Source: Lama guanicoe
Taxonomy: Eukaryota
DNA length: 64,000 nucleotides
NCBI GenBank assembly: GCA_013239625.1
Contig: MU056703.1
Location: forward strand, 124,001-188,000
Direction of reading: 5' to 3'
A program made the position numbers and the translations under genes. The notes below the pieces were generated by a model. It ran no database searches, was not told the origin of the DNA, and saw only the letters and a list, made by a program, of their open reading frames with translations. Shown here piece by piece: positions 11,636 to 23,019 of the stretch. Numbering within the stretch: the first letter of the stretch is position 1; every line of letters starts with the position of its first letter.

Positions 11636-13689
11636 TAAAACAGAAATCTTCTATTCAAGCAGGCAGATTTGCATGTATCATATGTAAGCCAGTGCACTGA
11701 GACACAGTCATTCTAAAGGTGCAGCCCTCACCCACCTGCAAATAGCTTTGTGGTAAAATTACACTCCTCTCAGTTACTTGTTCATGATAGAAGATGCACA
11801 CGAAGAAATTTGGGAACTAGTAACAGCCATTTCTTTTTATTCCACCACTTGGCTCTCCTATTTAATTATTAGCTATAACCCCATTCATTGCCACTGGAAA
11901 CAATAGCAACTTTCTCTTCCACCTCCGCAATTGCTTCATGAATCAAAGAGCACTGGTAGGCTGCGAGGGTAATAATCATAAAAATGCACCATAAATTTCT
12001 CTAAGCGATGATCGTATTTCATGCCTTATTATTAAATGGAAATTTGAATTTCTCCACTTAGGTTGAATGGTGATGTTAAGTTGCATAAAAGGTCTCGTTC
12101 AGATGTATTGCAATGTGATCTATGAGAGGGTGGGGGATGGTGGGGGCACAGGATTCCATAAGGGGACTTCCCTCATTTGTGATGATGAGGCTGAAACCCA
12201 GGTGTGCAGACTGGTCCCTCAGCCTCGTCTTTCCCCACCTCCTGCATCCCGGGCACCAGCGGGCAGTATCATTGCAAATGAGGCAAGCCCCTTTCTTCCC
12301 CATCAGCTCGTCTGAACCACTGTCTAGGAGAAACAGATGCAGGATCCTGTTTCCAGTTCATGCTGCCCCAGGGAGAGCTCTACATCAAGATTGCAAACAA
12401 TACCCTAGGAACCTGCTGGTTACCTTTTTAGCAACCTTTGGTGATCCTTATGTATCATAGCTGGTAGCAAAATAAAACTTTTTGACAGTTCATTTTGAAA
12501 CATACCTTTCTAATGGTAAATTACAGCAGGGACACAGTGGGACACAGCGGGCAGCTCTGACAGAGCCCTGCAGCAGGTGTCTAGAGCAGCGCGCCGCCTC
12601 TTGTCTTCCCAACACATTCCCCTCGTAGACAGAATGCTTTTGCCAAAGTTTAAAAACTGCTGTGGTCGATGTTTAATAAGTGCTTACTGGCCGGTTGAAT
12701 TTTAAATGGTTCTGCAGGATTACTTACAAGTGACAAAATCAGAAACTATGTGAGATGAAACTGTATAAATGGTCCCTTTTCTCTTAGGCATTCAAATCTC
12801 AGACCAAAATCTGAAAACAAAAGAATCCATTTATGTGACATTTCAATCTACAGTAGGTACATTCAAAGAATTCCAGACGAACGTTTATGCCAACAAAGGT
12901 TCACCCTGTCTGAATCATGGTGTATGCCGGTACGCTACTTCACACCAAGAACAAAGGTGCTCACAAAGGCTTCTTACCATCTTGAGGGGCACTGTGGGTA
13001 TTACTGCCCAGGTGTGCGCTGGGGCGGGGTGGGGAGAGACTTTCCCCCTTAGTAAACACAGGAAGGAAGTCACCCTTTTTATTTTATGGGAATCCGTTCT
13101 TCCACTGGCATGGTAGAATTTCATGTGGACAATTTTCACTGTATTTTACTGGGCAATTTTAAAGATTCTAAGATATAATTTAATGTTATAAAATTCCAAT
13201 TAAAGGGCTTTCAAAGAGTTGTTACTCTTGTAAAATTGTTTGAAAGATATTGTGCTATAACAGCTTGGTATAAATGAGGTTGTATTTAATTCTTACCACT
13301 GCCCTATAACGTAAGCACGAGCATCCTTACGTAGGAAATTGATGAGTTCTAACACCTATCACTTGCAAGAAAAAGCACTGTCTGATTCTGTGAAGGTACG
13401 CAGTTTTCTTAAAGATCTCAGTATTTTCAGAACAAGCAACTTACACATTATAACTGTGCATGCACATGAGGAGTTCAAACAACATCTCAGAAGAATGACG
13501 CAGCCCACAAGCACGCGTTTGTTACAACCAGTCTCTCCTTCCGGGTTATCAGTGAAACTCCACGAAATTCAGGACCAAAGCAGAGTAACGGCGACTGTGA
13601 ACACGCCAGGAACATGATTCTTCATTCTTATCAGACACTCACTGCCAGGGGGTTTGTTTTGTGGAAGCTGAAAATTGTAGTGGAACTAG

Positions 13690-14230
13690 ACTGAACAGTT
13701 GGCTCATGCACACTGGGTTTGCACCCCAGGGCCGTTTGTGCGAACGCCGCGTGTCCCCGGGCCTCTGACTCTCCGTCGCTCCAGCAGAAACGGCAGGTCT
13801 AGTGACAGACACGGCCGCTGGGAACCGCTCCCGCAGGCAGCAAAGCTCCTTGTGTTTTGGCCAGTGCTCTGCACCGCAGTGGACACCGCTTACTGTCCCC
13901 AGCTGGGTGCACCTGCGTACTGGCCCACTGGGTTTGACCGGGAAGACGAGGGTTTTGGCCCTGCTCTCTGCTTAGGACAAAGGCAGAGCTGGCCTTTCAC
14001 CCCAACAAGGTGCTTCACTGGACACCGCAGGCTCCCACGGGGGCTTGACTCTCCGAGGGCAGGCGGGAGTCTCCCAGGTGACAGACAGCGCGGTCAGCCG
14101 GCGTGAGGCTGCCGTGTCTGCGGCGGTGAGCAGTCCTGGGAAGGCTTCCCTGCTCCCAGAGCTTGCGTTCTGGGCAGCTCCGTCAAGCACGCAGGGCGAC
14201 ACACAGGCAGACGTCGAAGTTTTCCGTGAA
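13690..14230. promoter_or_regulatory. Orphan CpG-rich patch
   Basis: Dense CpG and high GC compared with flanks; no recognisable ORF. Confidence 0.55.
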
Positions 14231-14894
14231 GGAGCTCTAAATTAAAAATGACAAAAATAAACGAACTCAGACTGTCTCATTTCTGTTTTTTTTTTTTTCC
14301 CTTGTTCCTTTTTCTGTTTTGGAAGCCGGTCCTCCAGTACGTGCTCAGCCGCTGAGCTAAGCGAGGGCAGAACTTGACTAGGAGCGAAGCTCGCCTAAAC
14401 CGTCCTTCTGGAACCCTCCCAAGAGCAGAGTGAGAAACGCTTGGCCTTCCGGGCCCATTAGGGGGTGAAATGTGACCAACGACAAATGTTTTCTGCTTTT
14501 CCAAACCAAGCCACTCCAGGAAGTGGCAGTTGACTATAAAACAGCTTTTAGCCTGAAATGGAATCTCACTATTTCTCTACATCTTTCCATGCAAATATCG
14601 TTTTAAAAACACCATAAGCTGACAGAGATAATTCTTCAACTATTTTTCTTCAACTTTCTCTGGTAAATGATGAGGGATGCAGCGGACTTCATCCGCTGTC
14701 ACACGGGGCATTTTCTTCTATTACGCGAAAGCAGAAAAGTAACTTTGAGCCCCAAGAATAGATGGAAATACATTATCCCCATTTCCTTCTTGTTGTATAA
14801 TGAATCCCTTTGAAATATATTACATTTCTTTCCAAATTGGATAAGTATTATTTGTCATTCTGTGTGTGTCTACGTACGGATATGCACTCAAGTA

Positions 14895-15062
14895 CTCACA
14901 TTTATGTTACATCTAAGCATAAATATTTATACGCCTAGATTTTACATATTTTATTTTAATGTTACATATTTTATATTTTACTATCTGTATATATATTGAG
15001 CATAAATATTTATATACTTGTATTTATATTACATCCAAACATAAATATTTATATGCGTATAT
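14895..15062. repeat. AT-rich degenerate ~40-bp repeat with palindromic core ATAAATATTTAT (3 copies)
   Basis: cataaatatttat at about 14918, 15001 and 15040, with similar flanks (ttacatctaag / ttacatccaaa). Confidence 0.7.
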
Positions 15063-15139
15063 CTCTGAATATGGGAGCTTAAAAGAGAATCACTTACTGT
15101 GTTTGCATTTGCTCACATAGGGATTCTGTGTGTCTCAGA

Positions 15140-15250
15140 TATAACAAATGTTTACTGAGCAACTAGAGTGCCAAGCACTCTCTTAGATTTGGGGGTATTT
15201 CAGTCAAAGTTAGACCAAAATTCTGTCCTCATGAATTTTAAATTCTGTCA
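15140..15250 (-). mobile_element. L2 3' end remnant
   Basis: aacaaatgtttactgagcaactagagtgccaagcact...tgtcctcatgaa. Confidence 0.7.
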
Positions 15251-15849
15251 GGTGCAGCGTTCTTGACTTACTGTTACTATCTGGGGGGAAGCGAGTGTAT
15301 TTGTGGTTTTGTGTGCTGTGAAAAATATTATTATACGGGAAGAATAAATAATTGACATTATTATGTTTTTCTTCATTCTTGCTTCATTTGTATCAATTAT
15401 TAAGCCTAAGATACTTCTATCTGGATCAGTTCCATTTTGCTACTTTATATAAGTACGATCTTTATTAGGAAGCACTCTATGGTATTTTTAATTCGTATTT
15501 TAGCTTTTAATAAATATTGCCCAGAATAAAAAATGACACATAAAATTCAAATCAATGTATAACTCTTTATCTTCTATGTTAATTTATTGAAAGATAAGGT
15601 AGCAAAGAGATTTCTGTATTCAGTATTCTGAGCTGATCAGCCAAGCCAAATTTCCTCTTGAGTGTGGTCTTCTCTCAAATCAATCATGTTACGTTGTTTG
15701 CTTGATTACAAAAATTATATGAGACCGCTTGTAAGAATGGATAAACTACAACAAGCTAACATGTTAAAACTGATGATAAAACGACAGTGGAGAGACATAG
15801 GCATGTGTGTGACTAAGATGCATTCCTGTTAATGGGTTCTACTTAGTGT

Positions 15850-16025
15850 CCATGTTTCTCAACCACAGTTGCAGATCAGCATGATTTAAATAGCTCAGAA
15901 GTACAGACTCCCCCAACCCTTCACCCTCAAAGTCTGACTTGCTTGGTCCTTTGAGGTGGGACCTTGAAATGTGAGCCTTCTACGAATTTCATAAGTGGTT
16001 CTGATCTAAAGCAGAAGTGCTGCGT
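15850..16025. mobile_element. MER5-like hAT-Charlie MITE remnant
   Basis: Begins catgtttctcaac; internal ggtgggaccttgaaatg...gtggttctgat. Confidence 0.5.
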
Positions 16026-16393
16026 TAGTTGGACCTAGATCTGTCCTTCAGCTTCTGGGCAGGTCAGATGCATCTGACTCTTTTTTATAACAATTCTTTT
16101 TTTTTTTTAAGACAGATCAAGGGAAATAACTTTAATAAACATAACAAAAAATCCATTAAAATGTATTAGTGAGATCTTCACTTCACATTATGGTATATAT
16201 TTAAATTTGATATTGGACTTCTAAAGCTTGCTGAATTGGGGGTTATTTTTTCATTTTAGATGACTTACTGTTTTTTTTCTAATTTCACAGGCTATCTATG
16301 TTCATTGTAGACAGGTGGAAATACATAAAAGCTACCCCCCCCCAAGAAAAGCATTATTAGCATTTTGAGGCATTTCTATCCATTGCCTACATA

Positions 16394-16465
16394 TTTTTTT
16401 AAATTGAGGTATAACTTGTCTTTATCACTATGTTAGTTCCAGGTGCACGACATAATACACTTGAA
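16394..16465 (-). mobile_element. Short L1 3' end
   Basis: ttttttaaattgaggtataact...tatgttagttccaggtgcac. Confidence 0.65.
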
Positions 16466-18309
16466 ACAGTTGTGATTGGTGACACCCTGTTTGTGTCATT
16501 GCTGTCAAATTTTCTCAGCTACTTTGTATGCATTTTGTATACTTTCTACATACTCTGTATGTAATAGAAACAAAAGAAAATTTAGAAACCGTGCAAGCCT
16601 GGAGAACTGTACTGCACTAGATTTTACGGCAATATTACTTCTAGCTTCTTTCCAGTAGACATTGATTAGATACAGGCTAATTCTTACTGCATTGACTCAG
16701 CTGTATTAAACAAAAGGACTCCCTTCATTAAATTAACAAGGGAAGCAACCTAGAAAAGTAATTAGGGAGGAAAGAAGGGTAAAATTAATCCCGATGAATG
16801 GTAAGAGAAGGGTTTATTTTAGGAAGACTTGGGCATTTGGCGATATGTGAGGATAATGTTTTATGTGTCATTAATCTTGGCAAAGGGCTGATAGCAGTGG
16901 AAATTGAAAACAGTGACACACCAAAGCCTGAGCTACGTCTTAGCTGTAGTTTTAGAGTTAGGGCTTATGAACATAAGCAGCAACTCTTTAATTTTTCCTG
17001 CATCTTTTGATGTGACAGAGAAAGGATCCCCATTAAACTCGATTAAAAAGCTGGCATTATTTGGAAGCATGAAACGCTTAATGTAAAAATCACCAAAAAA
17101 AAAAAAAAAGAAACCACAGATTGTAAAAGTTTAATATCATGACCTTCAAAAAAGCACATCACGCAACACAGAGAGCAACACCCTTCCTCAACGATGAGCA
17201 GGGGGTCACTTACCAGCGGCCTGATGCCTGCAGGTGGCCATCGATCATGCCTATCACCACCCCCGCGATCGCTGCTGGGGCGGTTGATGGCTGCCGCTGA
17301 GCCTGCTACCAGCCCTCACCACGGACGTCCGCTACCTCCCGTCCCCAGTTTCCAATATTTCAGGAGACTAGGGATTAGAAACTCAGCTCTGAAAGGTCAT
17401 CCAACCCTAGTGTTTTCTTTTTGATGACATGTTTGTTCCAAAAGATACTGCCAAACAGTTCAATAAATATCTTCATATTTATCAAATAATGGTAGCTCAA
17501 ATTCTATGCCAAACATTATTGTTATTTCATGTGCACCAAAAGTCTACAGGAAAAGCCTATTGGCCAACCCTAAAACTTTTGGAGAACCAGGACTGTCCAC
17601 TGACCATTCACGTACTTGGAGCCTCGAGAGAAATGGTGAGTTAAACTCTTGGTCCTGCTAATAAGGATGCGTCATCTCAGGACTGAGATTTTCGGAAGAG
17701 ACACGTCTACTCTATTCTCCAAGGTGAGGATCTAGGTTGTGAGGAACACTTACTGGAAACTGAAAAGTAAAAAAACCCCAAAACTTTCTTTAGGGCTACC
17801 ATTTTTTAAAACTTAGACTTTAAAGAATATAGAATAGTTGAACGTGTGCCAGCGCCTAGGGACCCTTGAATAAGCTTGAACCAGGTCTGCAAGAGGGGTT
17901 CGGAAGGATAGAAGGATCCTCACTATTTACTTGGCAGCCTGATAGGGAACTACCTGCATAACAATAAAACAAAAGCCGGTGCCGGGCAGTCAGCGCAGCA
18001 TTAGCAAACACACAAGCCACGAGCAGAGACAGACACCAAAGGCAAGAGCGGCAGGAGTGATGGCAAAAGGTTCCGGCAATTTAGGGCATTAGCATATTGA
18101 CAAAGAAGCAGCCCTGGGAAAAACAGCATGACATTTTAAAAATTACGGAAAATGACACATTCTTTCCTTTTTTAAGAAAAACAAAAGGGCCATGCGGTAC
18201 TTGATGCTCCGGTGCATTGATGTGTGGGTCTCAGAATTCAAGACACCTTCCTGGTTACTAGTCCTCGAGGTCCTAGTCCATCCTCAGTCTGGACACTGGT
18301 CGTCAGACA

Positions 18310-18490
18310 GAGAGCCTCATAGGGTTACAGTCAAGGCATGGGTCTCATTTGAGGCTGGACCGGGGTAGGATCTGCTTCCAAACTTGGTGGCTGTTGTCAC
18401 ATTCAGTTCCAGGAAGGTGTCACAGTGAGGGCTCCTTGCACTCTTGCCATGACCAAGAAAACACGCCCAAAGTAGCCTGAGAGAGAGGAT
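18310..18490 (-). mobile_element. MaLR (MLT1-type) LTR remnant
   Basis: cagtcaagg...tctcatttgaggctggaccggggtaggatctgcttccaa...attcagttcc. Confidence 0.5.
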
Positions 18491-19302
18491 GAGGGACTCG
18501 GGGCACAGACACTCCCACCACCCCATCCCAGAGCCTGTCAACTGCCATCCCCCTGTTGCCTCTCAAGTTTTTGTTAAAAAGAAGGACTGAGAATAAATTT
18601 CCACTTTTTAATGTTCCATTCATGTCCAATAAATGTTACTATACTTTTAAAAATATTCTTTTCTTTCATTTTAATATCAATGGACTCAGCTAATATCTTA
18701 CAGGTGTAAATCAGCTTCAGCCCTTAGACAAGGCTCTTAATGCGCAAGAACCATGTCAAATATTAAATGGGAGTCAATTAATTTCTAGTTAGGCTTCTGC
18801 GCTTAGCACCTACGCTCTCTGAAACCTTTAAACTGAAAATGTGCCTATTTTTATATTTTGCCTTTAGCGTTTATTTTTAAAGCCTGCTAATGACTTTCCA
18901 AATGTCTTTTTGTAACCACGTGTTTTTATTATAGAAAGTGTGATAGGGATTTTGAGAAACCACGCAACCTCTCTGAGCAGCCACTATGTTAGCGTCCTGA
19001 ACGGTGTTACACAACGGGAAGGAATTCCAAAAGTAACCCCAAGGAATGTACAATACTCAGGAATAATCTTACTTCTGAACTAATTTCATGATCTAAGTTT
19101 TGTTCAAAAATTGAAAATAAAGCTGCTGGGCAAAACCACCACTTGTTTTGGTGGGTTAAATTGGATGTCAGTTTAAGTTTTATGTTTGCTACTGTACGGA
19201 GATATAATTCATTTGCAGTAAATTACACATATTTAAATTCATGATTTGAAGAATGTTGACCTGTGTATGCACTGTGAAACCATCATTGTAATTAAGATAC
19301 CA

Positions 19303-19810
19303 AAAGCTGTGGTGTATTTATACAATGGAACACCACTTAGCCATAAAAAAGAATAAAGTAACGCCATTTGCAGCAACATGGATGGACCTGAAGAATGTCA
19401 TACTAAGTCAAGTCAGCCAGAAAGAGAAAGAAAAATACCATATGATATCACTTATATGTGGAATCTAAAGAAAAAAAAAGACAAACGAACTTATTTACAA
19501 AACAGAAACAGACTCACAGGCGTAGGAATCAAACTTACAGTTACCAGAGGGGAAGGAGGGTGGGAAGGGATAAATTGGGAGTTTGAGATTTGTAGATACT
19601 AACTAACATATATATATATAATAAACAGCAAGTTTCTACTGTACTGCACAGGGAACTATATTCAATATCTTGTAGTAACTTATGGTGAGAAAGAATATGC
19701 AAATGAATATGTGTACGTTCATGTCTGACTGAAGCGTTATGCTGTATACTAGAAACTGACACAACGTTGTAAAATGACTATACATCAATAAACATATATA
19801 TACAAAAAAA
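19303..19810 (+). mobile_element. Young 5'-truncated L1 with 9-bp TSD
   Basis: TSD aagatacca at 19294-19302 and 19809-19817; target TT|AAGA; ORF2 end (gcagcaacatggatggacct) and complete 3'UTR. Confidence 0.95.
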
Positions 19811-20643
19811 GATACCATTTTCATCTCAAGAGCTGTTTTCAGGCCACCCACCTCTGTCCCCCTCCAACCCTGTCCCAGCAGCCAATGATCTGCTTTCTGT
19901 TAGAAAGGATGATTAGGGTGCAGAATTTCACACAGGCGGAATCACAGAACAGCGATGAGATTTCTTCTGCCTTCTCTCCCTCAACGTGACTATTCTGAGA
20001 TCCATCGAGGTCGTTGTCTGTACTAGGAGGGCACTGCTTTTCATTGCTGAATAGTTTTCAGTGGAATAAATATACTGTATTTGGTTTACTTCCACTCCTA
20101 TTTGGGGTGTCGCCAGGGTTTGGCAATTACAAATGAAGTTTCTCTGGACACCCACGTATAAGACTTTTCTGGACACAAATTTCCTTCTCTCTTGGGTAAA
20201 TGCTTAGTAGTGGAAGGGCTGCTTCTCATGGTAAGTGTAGGTCCAAGGTGTTTAAAAACCTGTCACACTGTTTGTAAAGCAGCTATACATTCTCACCCAC
20301 GGTGCCCAAGACACCCAGGGGCTCCAGAGACTTGGATGTGTCTTTTCACCTCTCTAGGCGGTGTGCAGTGGTACGGGATTGTCGCTTGAATTTGCATTTC
20401 CCCGCTGGTTAATTATACTGAGCACCTTTTTGTGTGTTTTTTTTTAAAGCTGTTTTGGAGGAAGGTGTGATTTGTGTATCTCATTTTGTGAAAGACCCTT
20501 TCAATCTTTTGTCCATTTTATTGGGTCTTTTGTTCCCTGTTACGGAGTTGGAAGAATGTGTCATATAATCTGGAGACATACATGTCTGATATCTGTAATG
20601 AAAACATTTTTTCTCAAGTTGTGCATTTCCCTTTGATTTTCTT

Positions 20644-21152
20644 TTTTTTTTTAATTTTATTTTATTGAGTTAGTCAGTTTACAATGTTGTGTCAATTTCC
20701 AGTGTAGAGCACAATTTTTCAGTTATACATGAACATACATGTATTCATTGTCACATTATTTTTCACCATGAGCTACCACAAGATCTTGTATATATTTCCC
20801 TGTGCTATACAGTATAATCTTGTTTATCTGTTCTATATATACCTGACAGTATCTACAAATTTCAAACTCCCAGTTTGTCCCTTCCCACCTTCCTCCCCAC
20901 TGGTAACCACAAGTTTGTATTCTATGTCTATGAGTCTATTTCTGTTTTGTATTTATGTTCTTTTTTTTTTTTAGATTCCACATATGAACGATTTCATATG
21001 GTATTTTTCTTTCTCTTTCTGGCTTACTTCACTTAGAATGACATTCTCCAGGGACATTCACGTTGCTGCAAATGGCATTATGTTGTCATTTTTTATGGCT
21101 GAATAGTATTCCATTATGTAAATATACTACATCTTCTGTATCCAGGCATCTG
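20644..21152 (-). mobile_element. Young 5'-truncated L1 with 11-bp TSD
   Basis: TSD ttgattttctt at 20633-20643 and 21153-21163; poly(T) at the left end; canonical TT|AAGAAAA site on the minus strand. Confidence 0.95.
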
Positions 21153-21619
21153 TTGATTTTCTTAATTGTGCGATTTTCTTAATTTTGTGGAAGAAAAAAT
21201 TGTTTTAATTTTAATGGAGTCCAAGTTATCAATCATTTTTTTCTTCTAAGATTTGTGGGTTGTGTGGGTGTGTGTACTTACCCAAGATCATAAAGTATTT
21301 AAATAATTTTTTTTTACATTTTATATTAGATGTTTTAGTTTTAGGTTTCATATTACTCTCTATGATCCATTTCAGGTATATGGATGTATGGTGTGAGTAA
21401 AGGATCTGTGTCTACTTTTCTGACATCATTTGTTGAAATGACTTTTCATTTCTCTGCCATCAACGTCTAAGTGTGCAATTACAAGCTTGTTTGGTAGCTG
21501 CATACTTGTTTTTTTAAGAAACTACCAAACTGTTTCCGGAGTGGTTGTACCATTTTACCTGTCACTTATCATATTACTGTAGGAATAGGAGAGGAGAGGA
21601 GTTTCTGGCAACTTAATGA

Positions 21620-21960
21620 CTAATGGTTTCCTTCATGAAGTCAGGAGACTCAAAAGGGGGCACAGGTTTGGCCAGGTTAACATCATGGGTCTTGTTTTGA
21701 ACACGATGAGTTTGAGATGCTTGGGATGGAAACACTAGTGTAGACGGTCAGCAGCCTTTGGCTGGACACCCACTGCTCAGGAGCAAGATGGGCAGAGACA
21801 CAGATTGGAGATATGTGGCCTGGAAGTCATATTTGAAGCCACAAGAGGACAACAGAGTTGAATGATGAGAATAGAAGGCCAAAGAAAACCCCTGAAAAAT
21901 AGAAGGCCAGGGGAGGAAGAAACCAGGAGAGAGACTATGATGTAAATTTCAGACAAATTA
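21620..21960 (-). mobile_element. L2 remnant
   Basis: ttttgaacacgatgagtttgagatgc...gctcaggag...tatttgaagcca. Confidence 0.65.
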
Positions 21961-22403
21961 ATGAAATACAGCAAGTGCCCACTTCCAGGAAGCCAAAACG
22001 GACCATGATTTCATGCCACACATGAACCACTTTTGGTGTGTCCAGGTTTGGTGGGCTGGTATCACAGAAGTCTTTTATAAAACCAATGTGGCCAAGACAG
22101 TGTAGACAGTGCTCTGGTCTTTGATCCAAGGGGAAATCCATCTGAGAGGCAAAAATGCCTACTTCCACCAGAGCAGAACTTCCTCCCTGAGCCCCACGTT
22201 TGCTTTCATCAGAACGGCTGGGAAGACAAGCTACAGGGCTCTCCTCGGAGTGAGAGGGGACTCAGCAGAATCTGGCTGCTTGTGTACGAACTCCTCATCT
22301 CTGAATCTTCACGATCTGATTCTTCAAAATCTTGCCAAAGCCATTCAACAGTATCTTAAAGAGTGGGCAAAACTTCTTTCAAAGAGAATGTTAAGTTTAG
22401 GAA

Positions 22404-23019
22404 TGTTGATGGAAATAATCAATAAACAATTTACAATAGGAAAAGGAAAGTGTTTCATTTGGGCCAAACTGAGGACAATAGCAGGGAGACACAGATTCAA
22501 GAAGCACTTGAATTGTGTTCCCCAGACTACAAAATGGGGGTGGCGTATGAAGGCAGAGACCACAAAGGTACACAAGTTACTTGTCAAAAATTACAGTGGG
22601 AGTTGGCAAGAAATAAGGGCACCTGGGTTCTGAGGTAGCTGCATAGTTACAAGCGGAGCCTTGCCACCATAAGGCTGCAGCTGCTAGCAGATTCTGTTCT
22701 GAGAATGGCTGGCAGTGTCCCTGAATTTGATACAGTTCAGAAAATTCAGGTTCTCAGTGGTGCAGAAACGTGTTTGAAACCACATCCACAATGGCCTCCT
22801 GGCTCCATTTTGAATGCCTGAACCACAGTGCCTCCACTCTTATGGCTCCATTATAAATTTTAATTTATAAATGTATTCTTTAATGGTTAAGGCAGATGGA
22901 CAATGCACGTTTCACAGGCCATAAGACAGGCTGTTTCAGTTAGCATGAAGTTCAAGCCAAATCACGTATAAGCCAGAATGACCTTCCCATTGCACAGTAA
23001 GTGAAAATTTCTTCCACCA
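22404..23019 (-). mobile_element. ERV1-type solo LTR (~615 bp)
   Basis: TG...CA ends; gggccaaactgaggacaatagc...cagattcaagaagc, ggctccattttg, ggttaaggcagat; no clear TSD. Confidence 0.7.

Larger units (their letters stand above)
19200..21570 (-). mobile_element. Old L1 (L1MB/MC-like) interrupted by two younger L1s
   Basis: 3' end gatataattcatttgcagtaaattacac at 19200; resumes at 19818-20640 (ttctgagatccatc, ttcattgctgaatag, cttgggtaaatgcttagtagtggaa) and after 21164. Confidence 0.8.

Noticed and set aside
19294-19302. Shared AAGATAC target sequence at two L1 insertions (also 60767)
   Set aside because: Both fit the ordinary TT|AAAA-like endonuclease preference; two sites cannot show a special specificity.
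22109-22633. 174-aa ORF
   Set aside because: Non-ATG start and runs across an LTR boundary.
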